A program made the translations under genes and the position numbers. Below the pieces are notes generated by a model. That model was not told where the DNA came from and ran no database searches. It saw nothing but the letters and a program-made list of their open reading frames with translations. This document shows, in pieces, positions 1-11,904 of a stretch of 64,000 bases of DNA (its first letter is position 1; every line of letters starts with the position of its first letter). Origin of the DNA: Octopus sinensis. Lineage: Eukaryota. Location of the stretch: contig NC_043013.1 of the NCBI RefSeq assembly GCF_006345805.1, positions 16,368,001 to 16,432,000 of the forward strand, in the 5' to 3' direction.

Positions 1-719
1 GTAACATTGGCAGGAAAATCAATAAACTTGGTGCATTCAAACAAAAATACCTTAATGTTTGGTTTGTACAGAAGCTCCTATGTCACTCTTACCATCAAGA
101 ATGTAGTGAACTGGTGACTAATCTGTTGGAAATCTACAATCAATTGAGATAGCTTTTGGCAAAATACGTGATGTTTAACATACAAAAACAAAAAACTAAA
201 ACCATAATAAATTTTGACATGGTAACAGATCAAGTGACATGGAGAGATGTGTTGCAGACATATTCAATTCGGATCAGATTTACAAAATATCAAAACGTTG
301 GATGATGAGGATAATGACGATGCTGTAGTGATGATTATGATTATAATGAAGATGATACAGAGGAAGAGGAGGTGACGGTGGTGGTGGTGGTGGTGGTGGT
401 TTTGATGAAGGTGATGGTGGTGATGATGCAGATTATGATGATGATGGTTATGGTAGTGATAGTGATTATGGTGAAAATGATGATGGCTTTAGTAGTGGCT
501 GATGATGATGGATAGCAACACAAATATTTCTCTTCTTCAAGGAATTCATGCAGGGTTGTCTACACATGAAAACCAGACACAATTACCAAATAAAAAAGGA
601 AGTAAAACATGGCTTTTGCTGAAGATTCAGCTTGTAAAATTATCATTTTTTTTATCCTGCTGTTGTCAATAAAATAAATTTTGAAAATGAAGTAGACTTG
701 ATTACTTAAATTCTTTATT

Positions 720-965
720 TACATTATTTACATTTGACGGTTATTTGTCCTCATCTTGTTTGTTGTTAACACAACGTTTCGGCTGATATACCCTCCAGCC
801 TTCATCAGGTGTCTTGGGGGAAATTTTAAACCTGGGTTCTCATTCCTAGTTTCGAACCAAGGTTTGAAATTTCTCCAAGAAACCTGATGAAGGCTGGAGA
901 GTACATCAGCCTTCAAACAACAAACAAGATGAGGACAAATATCCGTCATATGTAAATAATTGTAC
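720..965. mobile_element. Penelope-like (PLE) pseudo-LTR fragment pair in inverted orientation
   Basis: About 720-835 is the imperfect reverse complement of about 858-965; it carries a CTGATGA..GAAAC hammerhead motif typical of PLE pLTRs. Confidence 0.6.
769..812 (-). ncRNA. Minimal type I hammerhead ribozyme motif (PLE-type)
   Basis: Minus strand reads ACAC-CTGATGA-a-GGCTG-gagggtatat-CAGCC-GAAA-CG-TT-GTGT: intact core, 5-bp stem II, 4-bp stem I, palindromic AACGTT stem III. Confidence 0.7.
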
Positions 966-1279
966 ATAATTCCTCATCTCTTAAATATAGAACTGTATTA
1001 AATTCCTTAATGGAATATTTTGGAACTATCAACTTCTGTATGTCTGTCTTTGTATTTATATATATATATTCTTTACCAAGAACAGTACTGGTTGGAGTTT
1101 CATCCAGCTAAGCCATCATTGGTGGTGGCATAGCTAGCCAAAACTTTGAAGTCACCGTCAACACTATTCTTGTTAAAGAATAATAAATTTGTATGGAGTT
1201 ATCTTTCAGGTTGATTTAAACATTTTTTTATTATAACTGAACATAAAAACAAACTTATATATATATATATATATATATA

Positions 1280-1420
1280 TATAATCAAAATAAGCAACAA
1301 GTATATCCAAGGTAGAGTAATACAATTGTTTCATGCTACTTCATTTTATTAAACACTGAAGTAGCATGAAGCAATTGTACTACTCTACCTTGGATATCCT
1401 TGTTGCTTATTTTGATTATA
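1280..1420. repeat. Near-perfect hairpin (about 63-bp arms) next to (TA)n, probably a PLE inverted terminus
   Basis: tataatcaaaataagcaacaag... / ...cttgttgcttattttgattata are reverse complements. Confidence 0.75.
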
Positions 1421-1524
1421 ATCACCCCATTTGATTTATATGGATAATACCATACAAAATTCTGGTGCCTTTAACTTAAGTACCATATTCATCTAAATCT
1501 AAATTTTGCTGAACTTACATATAT

Positions 1525-1690
1525 ATATATATTAAATTAGAGATAAAACCACTATTAGGCAAATCAAACAGTGAAAAACATAAACCAAAACATAGAAATA
1601 AAATTAATTAATATAATATACAAAATTTGGTTTATGTTTTTCACTGTTTGATTTGCCTAATAGTGGTTTTATCTCTAATTTAATATATAT
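1525..1690. repeat. Hairpin (about 58-bp arms) in (TA)n, probably a PLE inverted terminus; related copy at about 19530-19650
   Basis: attaaattagagataaaaccactattaggcaaatcaaacagtgaaaaacataaacc and its reverse complement. Confidence 0.75.
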
Positions 1691-1768
1691 ATTTATACTG
1701 TAAAATTAGATTTAATCCTAAATCTATTTTTTCCCTGTAAGTTTGGATTTACTCCCTAATATTATTAT

Positions 1769-1806
<38 letters not shown>

Positions 1807-1809
<3 letters not shown>

Positions 1810-1970
1810 GGTTGTTTGCTATGGCTGGCCAGAGAAGGGCCATCTGGTTTTACATCTATAAAGCGCTTAGCTGTATAGATAACTCCTTAGACTCAAATGG
1901 CAAGAGGCACATAATTTCTCCAGAACTGGGAACCAATGGTCACTCTGACCAGCCAAAGCAAACAATCTTC
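1807..1970. mobile_element. MITE-like element with about 28-bp imperfect TIRs
   Basis: gaaggttgtttgctatggctggccagag ... ctctgaccagccaaagcaaacaatcttc. Confidence 0.5.
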
Positions 1971-3021
1971 TAAATATACTACTGTGAATTTGTGTGTGTA
2001 ATCTGGAAATCAATACAATGAGCTTCTCTACCGGAAAACACTCAGCGAGAAATGGAAGAAAATTTGAAGAAAGAAGGAAAAAAATATTCATAATAATAAT
2101 AATAATAATAATAATCATGTCTCATAAAGATTGACATTACTCTTCATGAAGATAAATAGACAATAAGAAGACTGTGATTTCCTCATTTATATTTTGAATT
2201 TCTGTGTTTCTGCAGTTGCTTCCATTTTACATTTTGAGCCTGAAGAAGACTGCTGGTCTGTCAAAGTATCATAATCCTTTCTGCTCTAAGCACAAGGCCT
2301 GGAACTTTGCTGGAGGGGGATTGTCAATTACATTGACCCCAGTACATGACTGGTACAGTAGCATAAAATCGATCTTCTCAAGAAAAAAAAATGGTGTCTT
2401 GTAATTGATCCACAACACGACATTTCTTACAGTTTTATTCTATGAATTATCATTATCAACACGCCATCATTTATTTTTTTAATTTTTATTTAGAAAAACA
2501 TTAACAGAAAATAAAATTTCGAGTCTGAAAGTGAAGCATGAATTTTCAAGTTAAAGGGAAATAACTTCCTTTTTCTAGAAATTTTGATCGACTGTGAAGG
2601 AAAATAACGAAGTATAATATATATGGTAGCTCTGTTTTCTCTTGTAATATCATTCATATCTAGGATATACTATAGAAATATAAGTTGACCCAATATCTGA
2701 CTGCTATATTATTTTACCGACCCCTGAAGGAAGAAAGGGTTGTTTGACTTCGGTGAACTTTGAAAAGAAGAGAGGTAAATATACCATTTTTTGGTCGATG
2801 CCCTTCCGATTCTTAGTCCATCGCTTTGACTTGAGCCTTGATTTCTTTTTTCATTAGCGCAGTCCAAAATTCCACCGAGGTTGACTTTTCCTCTTAATCC
2901 TTTCGGGCTCGATAATATAAGTGCTTACCAATTCAGCATGCGGTCGATGAAATCGACTTACTTCCCCTAAAATTGCTGGCCTTGTGTGAAAAGATGAAAT
3001 CATTGTTATCACAGTCCAGAG

Positions 3022-3415
3022 GGAGCAAGCTGGCAGAATCGGTAGCACCCCAGATAAAATGCTTAGCAGCATTTCGTCAGCTTTTTTATGTTCTGAGTTC
3101 AAATTCCGTCGAGGTCGACTTTGCCTTTCGTCCTTTCGGGGTTGCTAAAGTAAGTGCTAGTCGAGCACTTGGGGTCGACTTAATCGACTTAGCCCCTCCC
3201 CGAAATTACTGGCCTTGTGCCAAAAATTTGAAATCAATCTAAATAAAAGCGGCGAACTGGCACAATCGTTAGTACACTGGGCGAAATGCTTAGCGGCATT
3301 TCGTCTGTCTTTATGTTCAGAATTCAAATTCCGCCGAGGTCGACTTTGCCTTTCATCCTTTCAGGGTCAATAAAATAAGTGTCAGCTGATCACAGCGGTC
3401 GATATGTAATCGAGT
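3022..3415 (+). mobile_element. Two tandem tRNA-derived SINEs (family A, Meta/MESC-like core)
   Basis: ggcgagctggcagaa..gttcaaattccgccgaggtcgactttgcctttcatcctttcggggtcgat core, repeated more than 15 times in the window. Confidence 0.85.
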
Positions 3416-3832
3416 TACCCTCCATCAGACACCTACCATATTCTGAGCGCCTTGTTTCCCTGGGCATGGATTCATTGAAGCTCCGGCGTCTAGCGACGGA
3501 CTTGGTAAACACCCACAAGGTTATCAACCACCTCACCAACAACAACACTGAACACCTTTTTGATCTCCATGTGTCTAACACACGTGGACATGCCTACAAA
3601 GTCAGAAAACAGCACAGCTCCCATGACTTTCTGAAACATTTTTTCACGCTCAGGGTTGCTGAAGCGTGGAATAAACTGCCTGCATCAGTTGTTGACTGCC
3701 ATGACACTGCATCCTTTAAGGCCCTCATGCTTCCCGAAATCCGTCGAAACTACACCTGATTATATATACACTTTAGATGAGTTGTAGTGCACCTGAGCAC
3801 TGTACACAATTATTATTATTATTATTATTATT
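3416..3832 (+). mobile_element. CR1-clade LINE 3' fragment (ORF2 C-terminus) with (ATT)n tail
   Basis: YSERL..SLKLRRLATDL..TRGH..FFTLRV..WNKLP..VV..FK motifs of the CR1 ORF2 C-terminus. Confidence 0.85.
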
Positions 3833-4049
3833 ATCCCTATAAACTACTGGCTAGGGTCGATAACTCTGAATTCTTAAATAATCGGCATGGATCAATAACT
3901 CTAGAAATGTGAGTCGCGAAAGGTTCCATCAAAGATTTTGTTAAAATACATGTACAATAAAATTAAAAGAAGGCTTTTATAAGCAGTGACGAGGACGGGA
4001 GTGTAGTTTAATAATAATAATAATAATAACAACAACAACAACAATAATA

Positions 4050-4240
4050 ATCCTTTCTACTAAAGTTATAAGGTCTGAAATTTACGGGGAGGGGAGTAGT
4101 CGGTTACATCGACCCCAGTATTTCACTGGTACTTAATTTATCGACCTTAAAAGGATGAAAGGCAAAGTCAACCTGGGCAAAATTTCAAATCAGAACGTTA
4201 AGACGGACAAAATACCGCTAAGCGTTTCGCCCGACGTGCA
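4050..4240 (-). mobile_element. SINE family A
   Basis: Reverse complement of the family A core. Confidence 0.75.
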
Positions 4241-4345
4241 ATAATAGCAAAAATAACAATTCCTTTATTAATCACAAGGGTTTAACAATAATGATAACAA
4301 TAACAATAACAACAACAACAACAACAACAATAATAATAATAATAA

Positions 4346-4815
4346 TCTTTTCTTTATTGGCCACAAGGGCCGAACACAAGGACATGAGTGACAAAGTGGG
4401 ATTAGGCACAATATTAGTGTACAAAAAATAAAAATAATAAAAATTAACAACAAAATTTAAACAATGAAAATAATAAAATTCCCCCCGAAGCAGGGAGTTT
4501 CTTCCAGGGCCAGCCAAGAAACTCCACACATCCTGGTTACCTCAACTGCCAAGGGCACCTCACTCCCTCTCGACTTCCCGCATGTTCAGTGTAGAACCAT
4601 TCACACGGGCCATCCTCGCCACATTCACTCATCTTTCAACAAAAAATACTGGGAGGCACCACTTCTTCACTTTCCTTTTCAAATGGAGCTTGAAAAGGTC
4701 GGAAAGGTCTTCAGTCCTTTCAATCTCGTCCACTACACTATCTCTTTCGCAATAGCTACCAGGCAGAGGAAAACTTCCTTTCCTTCCTAGCCAAAAGAAG
4801 GTGGCGGTGCATCAC
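4346..4815 (-). mobile_element. Tx1/L1-like LINE 3' fragment
   Basis: Homologous to 33480-34262 and 63005-64000 (FHLKRKV motif); tail cccttgtggccaataaagaaaag followed by (ATT)n. Confidence 0.65.
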
Positions 4816-4820
4816 AATGG

Positions 4821-4871
<51 letters not shown>

Positions 4872-4877
<6 letters not shown>

Positions 4878-5689
4878 GAAATAGACAAAGAAAAATCCCA
4901 GCAATGGTTGAGAAGCTCAGGACTCAAAGCAGAAACAGAGGGATTTTTAATTGCAGCACAAGACCAAAGCCTCCCCACCAGAAATTACCAAAAACATGTA
5001 ATGAAAAGAAATATTACAAGTAACTGCAGAATATGTGGAGATGGACAAGAAACAATAAATCATATTATCTCTAGCTGCCCAGTCCTGGCTAAGAAGGAAT
5101 ATATTCACAGACATGACAGAGTTGGAACCTACATACATTGGAAGCTATGCCAACATTATGGAATAACAACAGAAAAAAGATGGTATAGGCACGCACCAGA
5201 AAAGGTCACAGAAAACGAGAAAGCAACCATACTCTGGGATATGCCGATACACACAGATAGAGAAATTAAGGCCAACAGACCAGTTATAGTTGTCAGAGAT
5301 CATGAAGAAAAAAAATGCTTTCTAATTGATGTATCAATACCGGCAGATGACAACGTGTCTCTAAAGGAAATGGAGAAACTCTCAAAATACAAAGACCTGG
5401 AAATAGAGGTAACTAGAATGTGGAATCTGAAAACAGAAACAATTCCTATCATAGTAGGTGCATTAGGCATGATAAAAAAAATATTCAGACAAATACATAA
5501 CAAAAACACCAGGACTTACAAACACATATAACATACAGAAAATTGCACTACTAGGCACTGCACACATCCTACGCAGAACACTTTCCATACAATAACCATC
5601 AGAGCATCACAACAAATCACAGCACATACCCAAGGCACACAGAGCTGCGCTCGGTAGTGAAGTGAAAGCACGCTATAAAAATAAAACTA

Positions 5690-5695
<6 letters not shown>
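4872..5695 (+). mobile_element. Dong/R4-like RLE non-LTR retrotransposon 3' fragment in (TAA)n
   Basis: CRICG..ETINHIISSC zinc knuckle, RHD, ILWD, RP[D/V]IV..IDVS..EK..KY restriction-like endonuclease motifs; frameshift near 5480; flanked by (TAA)n. Confidence 0.9.
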
Positions 5696-5721
<26 letters not shown>

Positions 5722-5724
<3 letters not shown>

Positions 5725-6326
5725 GGAATATATTCACAGACACGACAGAGTTGGGACCTACATACACTGGAAGTTATGCCAACATTATGGAATAACAACA
5801 GAAAAAAGATGGTATAGACACACACCAGAAAAGGTCACAGAAAACGAGAAAGCAACCATACTCTGGGATATGCCAATACACACAGATAGAGAAATTAAAA
5901 CCAACAGACCAGATATAGTTATCAGAGATCATGAAGATAAAAAAACGCTTTCTAATTGCTGTATCAATACCAGCAGATGACAACGTGTCTCTAAAAGAAA
6001 TGGAGAAACTTTCAAAATACAAAGACCTGGAAATAGAGGTAACTCGAATGTGGAATCTAAAAACAGAAACAATTCCTATCATAGTAGGCGCATTAGGTAT
6101 GATAAAAAAATATTCAGATAAATACATAACAAAAACACCAGGACCTACAAACACATATAACATAAAGAAAATTGTACTACTGCGTACTGCACACATCCAA
6201 CGCAAAACACTTTCAATACAGTAACCATCAGAGCATCACAGTAAATCACAGCACATACCCAAAGCACACAGAGCTGCGCTCGGTAGTGAAGTGAAAGCAT
6301 ACAATAAAAATATAACTATTGAATAA
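5722..6326 (+). mobile_element. Second Dong/R4-like 3' fragment
   Basis: Highly similar to 5095-5695; flanked by (TAA)n. Confidence 0.9.
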
Positions 6327-6729
6327 CTAGCAGTATCGCCCGGCGTTGCTCGGGTTTGTAAGGGAAATAACTATAAAATATTTTTAGAGAGTTATAGCCA
6401 AAAAATGGAAAAAAAATGATGGTAAATTTATTTTTAGTTAAAAAGGTCGAGTTGCGTCAAATTTTTTAGTTAAAAAGGTCGAGTTGCGTCCCCATGACAG
6501 TCTGTGGTTTGTGTTTCTGATTCTCAACCCCATGTCGAATTTATCGATTTTTTTCAGAACTGGGGGAACTTTTCAAAATTTTCGCTGCGTTAGTTTTGAA
6601 TTATGACATTGGGCTATGTGTGTGTCAAGTTTCATCAGAATCGGTTGAAAGCCGTGGTCAGGGTGAGGGTACAAGCAAACAGACACACAGAAACACACAC
6701 AGACAAACTGCCGTTTATATAGAGAGAAG

Positions 6730-6730
<1 letters not shown>
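6327..6730 (-). mobile_element. Non-autonomous Helitron
   Basis: Minus strand: 5' TC, subterminal hairpin cccgagcaacgccggg, 3' CTAG, inserted at A|T. Confidence 0.7.
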
Positions 6731-6792
<62 letters not shown>

Positions 6793-6860
6793 GGATTGAG
6801 GTAACTCCTCCAGAAGATATAGAGGCAAAATTAAAAGAAGAGTGCTATTGTCATCTAGTG

Positions 6861-6897
6861 AACGATGTTTCGACATCTCGCGTGTCTTCATCAGGTT
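6861..6897 (-). ncRNA. Minimal hammerhead ribozyme-like motif (PLE-type)
   Basis: Minus strand AAC-CTGATGA-a-GACA-cgcgaga-TGTC-GAAA-CA-TC-GTT. Confidence 0.55.
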
Positions 6898-6917
6898 AAA
6901 AAAAGAAGAAGAAGAAG

Positions 6918-6987
6918 AATTTTAATAAACATACCAAAGAAATGGAGTGGTTTTTCACTCCATTTCTTTGGTATGTTTATTAAAATT
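6918..6987. repeat. Perfect 32-bp-arm hairpin with 6-nt loop
   Basis: aattttaataaacataccaaagaaatggagtg-gttttt-cactccatttctttggtatgtttattaaaatt. Confidence 0.9.
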
Positions 6988-7201
6988 ATTATTATGACCA
7001 ATACCCTGCAAGGCTTGACAGAGAAGAAATTAGCCTAATTAAAAGCCAACAATGGCTCAAAAGCTCTGGATGAAAAGCTGAAACGGGAGGACTGATTCTC
7101 GCTGCACAAGACCAGTACCAGTTTCTCTGCCCTAGGTGTACAGAAAACACTCGGCGAGAAATGGAAGAAAATTTGAAGAAAGAAGGAAAATAATAATGAT
7201 G

Positions 7202-7258
<57 letters not shown>

Positions 7259-7585
7259 GTTTCAAATTTTGCCACCAGGGCAGCCATTTAAGAAATTAAA
7301 AATTAAAAAAGCAAAATAATGAAAGAGGCCATAACACCAAATGCAGAATGACTGCCAAAATTGGAAACAATCATGAAACTCTTGGATGTTTTTTAGCAGA
7401 GTCTCTCTTTGTTATTAGCATTCAAGCAAGGTCTCAATCTAAGAACAACTGTCTCCTTTTCTCAAGAGTCCTGGAAAGAGAGTCCCGGACTCTACTCTTC
7501 ATCTTCTCACGGAGGCGTCGAAATATGAACTGAATAAATAAATAAATAAATTCAAAGCTTGTGTTGGGAACGATATCACGTGTCT

Positions 7586-7925
7586 TCAGGTGTAGTTTTT
7601 GGTAAAATAATAGTCTGCCATCAGGAGTGGACAATCGGTGAAGTCTTCGCAGAAGTCGTAGAACAAGGCGACTTCTTGTGGATGTTGCTTACAGTAGCCA
7701 TGGTAAGCACATTCTTCAAGCGTTGTCTGTTCTGGTAGAAGAGAGCTTTTGGTGCAGGTTTTCTGTCGGAACAGCGCCATTTTGGTGGTGCAGATGGCTG
7801 TGTGGGCGAGGATTTTGTGAATGATTTGTGAAATATAAGTGTCAGACGAGACAACGAGGAAGAAATTGATGAACGGTTCTTTGAGTTGGCTGAAAGAGGC
7901 CAGTCGCAGATCCAACAGGACATAT
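7586..7925 (-). CDS. EF-hand/ubiquitin-like-domain protein, exon 5 (last; RYVLLDLRL...DCPLLMADYYFTKNYT*)
   Basis: Acceptor ttttatttcag at 7926-7927; phase 2 matches exon 4; complex non-repetitive protein sequence up to the stop. Confidence 0.85.
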
Positions 7926-8001
7926 CTGAAATAAAATAAATAAATAAATAAATAAATAAATAGACAGACAGACAGATAGATAGATAGATAGATAGATAGA
8001 T

Positions 8002-8052
<51 letters not shown>

Positions 8053-8504
8053 TAGATAGACACACATAAAAACAATAATGAATGATAGGTACTATGAATG
8101 AATGAATGAATTAGTAAATAAATTAGTAAATAAATAAATAAACAAGTACTTAGGTAGTTAAGTAATTCACTTCGTAACCTCGTGGCTAGAATTCAATCCT
8201 ACTGTGTGACAATTTGGACAAATGTCTTCTACTGTTACCTCGAAAGGACTAATGAATGAAATTTGTAGATGGAAATTGCAGGTCGAGTGACCGTATAGGG
8301 ACTCCCTCATTGATTCACGGACGAAATGATGTAAAGGAGATTTAGCCGTTGTTTATATCTGGGTTCGATACCGGCATGTGTCATCTTGACTAAATATCTT
8401 CTGCACAGATTCAGGTAAACCCTAGAGTCAAGAGTGTAATTTGATGGACGGAAACTATATGAAGCTTTTCAGAGGAACCGTTTCTTTTCTTGTACGGTAG
8501 ATTT

Positions 8505-9030
8505 AACCAGACATCCAGTTTAACACTACTTCCTGGCCCTAGGGTATCTTTAGTGGAGCCCACCCAGTTGTCGCCCAGTTTAACACTACCACATGGTCCT
8601 CGGATGCCTTTAGTTGAGTATACTTTGTTGTCATCTAGTTGAACACTATCGCTTGGCCCCTAAGTATCTTTAGAGTGGTTCTGTACCTACCCAGTTTAAT
8701 ACTACTACGTAGTCCTTGGGTCCATATAGTGAAATCTACCCGATTGTCATTCAGTTTAACACCACACCTGCTCTTTGGATGCCTTTAGTAGAGTCCACTC
8801 TGTTGACACCCAGTTAAACACCATCACATGGTTCTTGGGTGGAGTCCACTTTGTTGTTACCCAATATAACCCCATTACCTGGTTCTTGAGTACCTTTAGT
8901 AGAGTTCACTCTGTTGTCAACCAGTTTAACTCCATCATCGGGTCCTGAGGTACTTCCCGTGGATTCCACTTTGCTGTCACCCAGTTTAACATCATCATCT
9001 GTGCATTAAGTACCTTTAATGGGGTCCAAC
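8505..9030 (-). repeat. Diverged 60-bp minisatellite (about 9 units), reads as a decayed 20-aa repeat
   Basis: Unit anchor ccagtttaacac recurs about every 60 bp; minus frame gives VDSTKGTQEPGNGVKLGDNR-like repeats with stops. Confidence 0.75.
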
Positions 9031-9399
9031 CTATTGAAAGTAATTGAGGCCAGGTTTCTGATTACTTTTTCCATAAGAGAGTTCCGGATGTTTCCCTTCT
9101 TCTCTTGAGTAAGTTCATCACCCATGTAGGGCTTTGGCCATTAGCTTGAAGAGTTAGTGTTTCGAGAAAGATTTGCCTGACCAAGCAGTAACGTAGAAGC
9201 CCCTCTGTTGGCTCACTGACAAAGAAATAGTTTGGAGAGGTTGGCCCCACCTGTGATTCAGTTCCAATAGCTCAAACAAAATTTTGGCATGTTGATTTAT
9301 TTGATTAAACTACAAAGACTAAATATTTAAGGAAGAAAGGAAAAGTAGGAGGTCGTAACACTTGGGACTTTCCTTACAGTGCTAGTGGTATAAAAGTTC

Positions 9400-9632
9400 C
9401 TTCCCCAGTCATACAGACTCACAGGGCCGGTTTCCCTGTTTCCATGGCGTATATATTCCCTACATGGATGGGACGCCGGTTCGTCGCAGGATTACTCATT
9501 TTTCCAGCTGAATAGACTGGAGCAACGCGAAATGAAAGGGTTTTGGTCAAAAACATAACGCATCGCCCGGTCCAGGAATCGAAACAACAACCATGAGTCC
9601 AACAACCTAATCAGTAAACCACGTGCCTCCAC
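9400..9632 (-). mobile_element. tRNA-derived SINE family C
   Basis: Homologous to 30700-30930 and to the 31031 head. Confidence 0.65.
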
Positions 9633-10148
9633 GCTAGTAGTATATGTGAAGTGAAATGACTTTAGCCAAGGATTTAACTCTTAGCCATCTCGACCTGCCA
9701 AGATCTTACCTCTTGTTCAGCTGTGCGAAATGATCCTTCAACTAAACACATGACCAACATGACCAAATATACTGGCCAGTGTAATACCCCAGTATATTAC
9801 TGGTTATTAACAATTATAATTGAAGCGGTATAGAAAGTGTATCGGTAGAAAAATAAAATAATGTAAAAACGTCTTAAAGGAAGCACCTGAGATTGAACTC
9901 TCAAGTCGGGGCATTAGTGTGACAGCAGTGGAATGTACTTGCGCCACGGAGTGTATGATGGTGTGATAAAGTTGTAGATAACGTGTGTTGGTGTGAAAGA
10001 AGTCGTGAATGTCGGTGTGATGAAAATGGGTGGATTGAGGGTAATAGAAAAGAAAATTCTGGCGTGACTGGATGATCGTATCTAGAACTCCTTCGATCGT
10101 AATTCTGTTGCATCATGGTTGACCCGCAGCTAAACAACAATAACCTAC

Positions 10149-10244
10149 CTTTTTCTTGGTACCAGTTTCCTGTTAATGTTCGGATCATCCATTCCTTTTC
10201 CACACAGGGAACAGTACCCTTTACAGTTATATTCCTCTCCCGAT
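10149..10244 (-). CDS. EF-hand/ubiquitin-like-domain protein, exon 4 (SGEEYNCKGYCSLCGKGMDDPNINRKLVPRK)
   Basis: tttcag acceptor, AG|gtaggt donor, 96 nt, phase 2-2, open in the frame required by its neighbours. Confidence 0.7.
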
Positions 10245-10448
10245 CTGAAATCATAGATAAGAAAAAGAAAATATCGTCATGGAATTGTTATTTCACTTGG
10301 GTAATTTTATTGATTTTTATTTGTCGAATGGCTAAGTAATTTTTTATGCACAATGATGAAACTTGATTTTTACACACAAACACACACACACACATCTACA
10401 TATGTACATACATAAATACATACACTTACATACACACACTTGCATCTT

Positions 10449-10484
<36 letters not shown>

Positions 10485-10485
10485 G

Positions 10486-10543
<58 letters not shown>

Positions 10544-10601
10544 CAAAGCTGACCCAATTTTTTCCATGGATAAAATCAGTATTACAAAATCAGTTTTGTA
10601 T

Positions 10602-10657
10602 AGAAGAAGAAGAAGAAGAAGAAGAAGAAGAAGAAGAAGAAGAAGAAGAAGAAGAAG

Positions 10658-10697
<40 letters not shown>

Positions 10698-10735
10698 GCA
10701 GCAGCAGCAGCAGCAACAACAACAACAACAACAAC
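10602..10735. repeat. Compound (GAA)n(CAA)n(CAG)n microsatellite
   Basis: Direct reading. Confidence 0.95.
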
Positions 10736-10761
10736 TGCTGTAAGAATGGAATGGTACATAC

Positions 10762-10885
10762 CCGTTTGTGGAGATTTGTTTTGTCAAGTTGACATAGCTG
10801 ATTGTTTGGGTGAAGTTCTTATCAAGAAGCAGCGTTATCAGATGAAGTTCGGCCGAATTACACGGGATCTTGAGATCAGTCATTC
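10762..10885 (-). CDS. EF-hand/ubiquitin-like-domain protein, exon 3 (GMTDLKIPCNSAELHLITLLLDKNFTQTISYVNLTKQISTNG)
   Basis: ctcatag acceptor, GG|gtatgt donor, phase 1-2; completes FKA-G and supplies a second EF-hand-like loop DKNFTQTISYVN. Confidence 0.85.
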
Positions 10886-11904
10886 CTATGAGTTTGGACG
10901 GGAATAAATAAATGAGAGACATTAACTGCAACCAACTGAAGACCACCTACGAAACTCAACTAATACTTTTATGAACAACACACGTTAGGATCTGTCCCTG
11001 ATCATCTACAAAAGAAACTGCAAGTTCACCATACAATCTCACCAGGCAGAGGAATGTTGGCTGCCCTTCCTAGCCAAAAGAGCAGGGGGGGGGGCTATCT
11101 TCATGTAATTTAGGTACAGGTCCAGCAATTTTGAGGATTACACGATTGTCCCTTCTCGTCAAAATTGCCAGACTTGTGGCTAAATTAGACCACAGAGGAT
11201 GAAAAGTAAATTTCACTTTGGCGTGATTTTGAACTCAGAACATAAAGAGCCGGAACAAATACCGCATGACATTTTATCCGATGCTCTCGCGATTCTTCCA
11301 GCTCGTCACCTTGGCCACATCAATAATTATAAAGGTTTCTAATTATAGGCCACGGCTAGAAATGTTGAAGAATGGGGGAGGCAGTCGAAACCACCAATCC
11401 CAGTACTTGACAAATACTTTATTTTATCGACCCCGAAAGGATGAAAGACATGGTTAACTTCGGCGGGATTTGAACAAGCAGTCACAATATAAAATCGAAA
11501 TATCTCCCAGGTCTCCTGAACTTTAGACAGCCAATATTTACATTTGGTTTCATGATGCGAAGCCGATAAGAAATAATTCTCCTCGTGTATAGAGCGTTAG
11601 TGTATCGGCGTTAACATTCCCAAATGATCTGGTCTATATTGCTACTCTGAGAGCCAAATAAACTGAGGTGAGACAATGCACAATAAAATATTTTAACAAG
11701 AAACACAGCAGAATCTTGGCTGTTGGAGATTTGGACTTATGTTGTTATAGTTGTTACTATTATTATTAACTCCAGATCAGTTTGGACGATGTGTGTAACT
11801 ATGTTATCTAATGTGTCCGACATTTAAACTGTTATACGATTGGAGCGAGATATAAATAAAGGATCTTAAAAACAAAACTTCCTATTATTATTATTATGAT
11901 AATG

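Noticed and set aside
1-330. Complex sequence at the window start, possibly coding
   Set aside because: No sustained ORF, splice pattern or motif that I can support
8505-9030. Regularly spaced repeats resembling a CRISPR array
   Set aside because: Whole 60-bp units are homologous with no unique spacers; eukaryotic context and no cas genes
9901-10148. Read-through ORF after exon 4 (His/Ser/Thr-rich)
   Set aside because: In a different frame from the spliced gene and lies past a good donor; no recognisable domain
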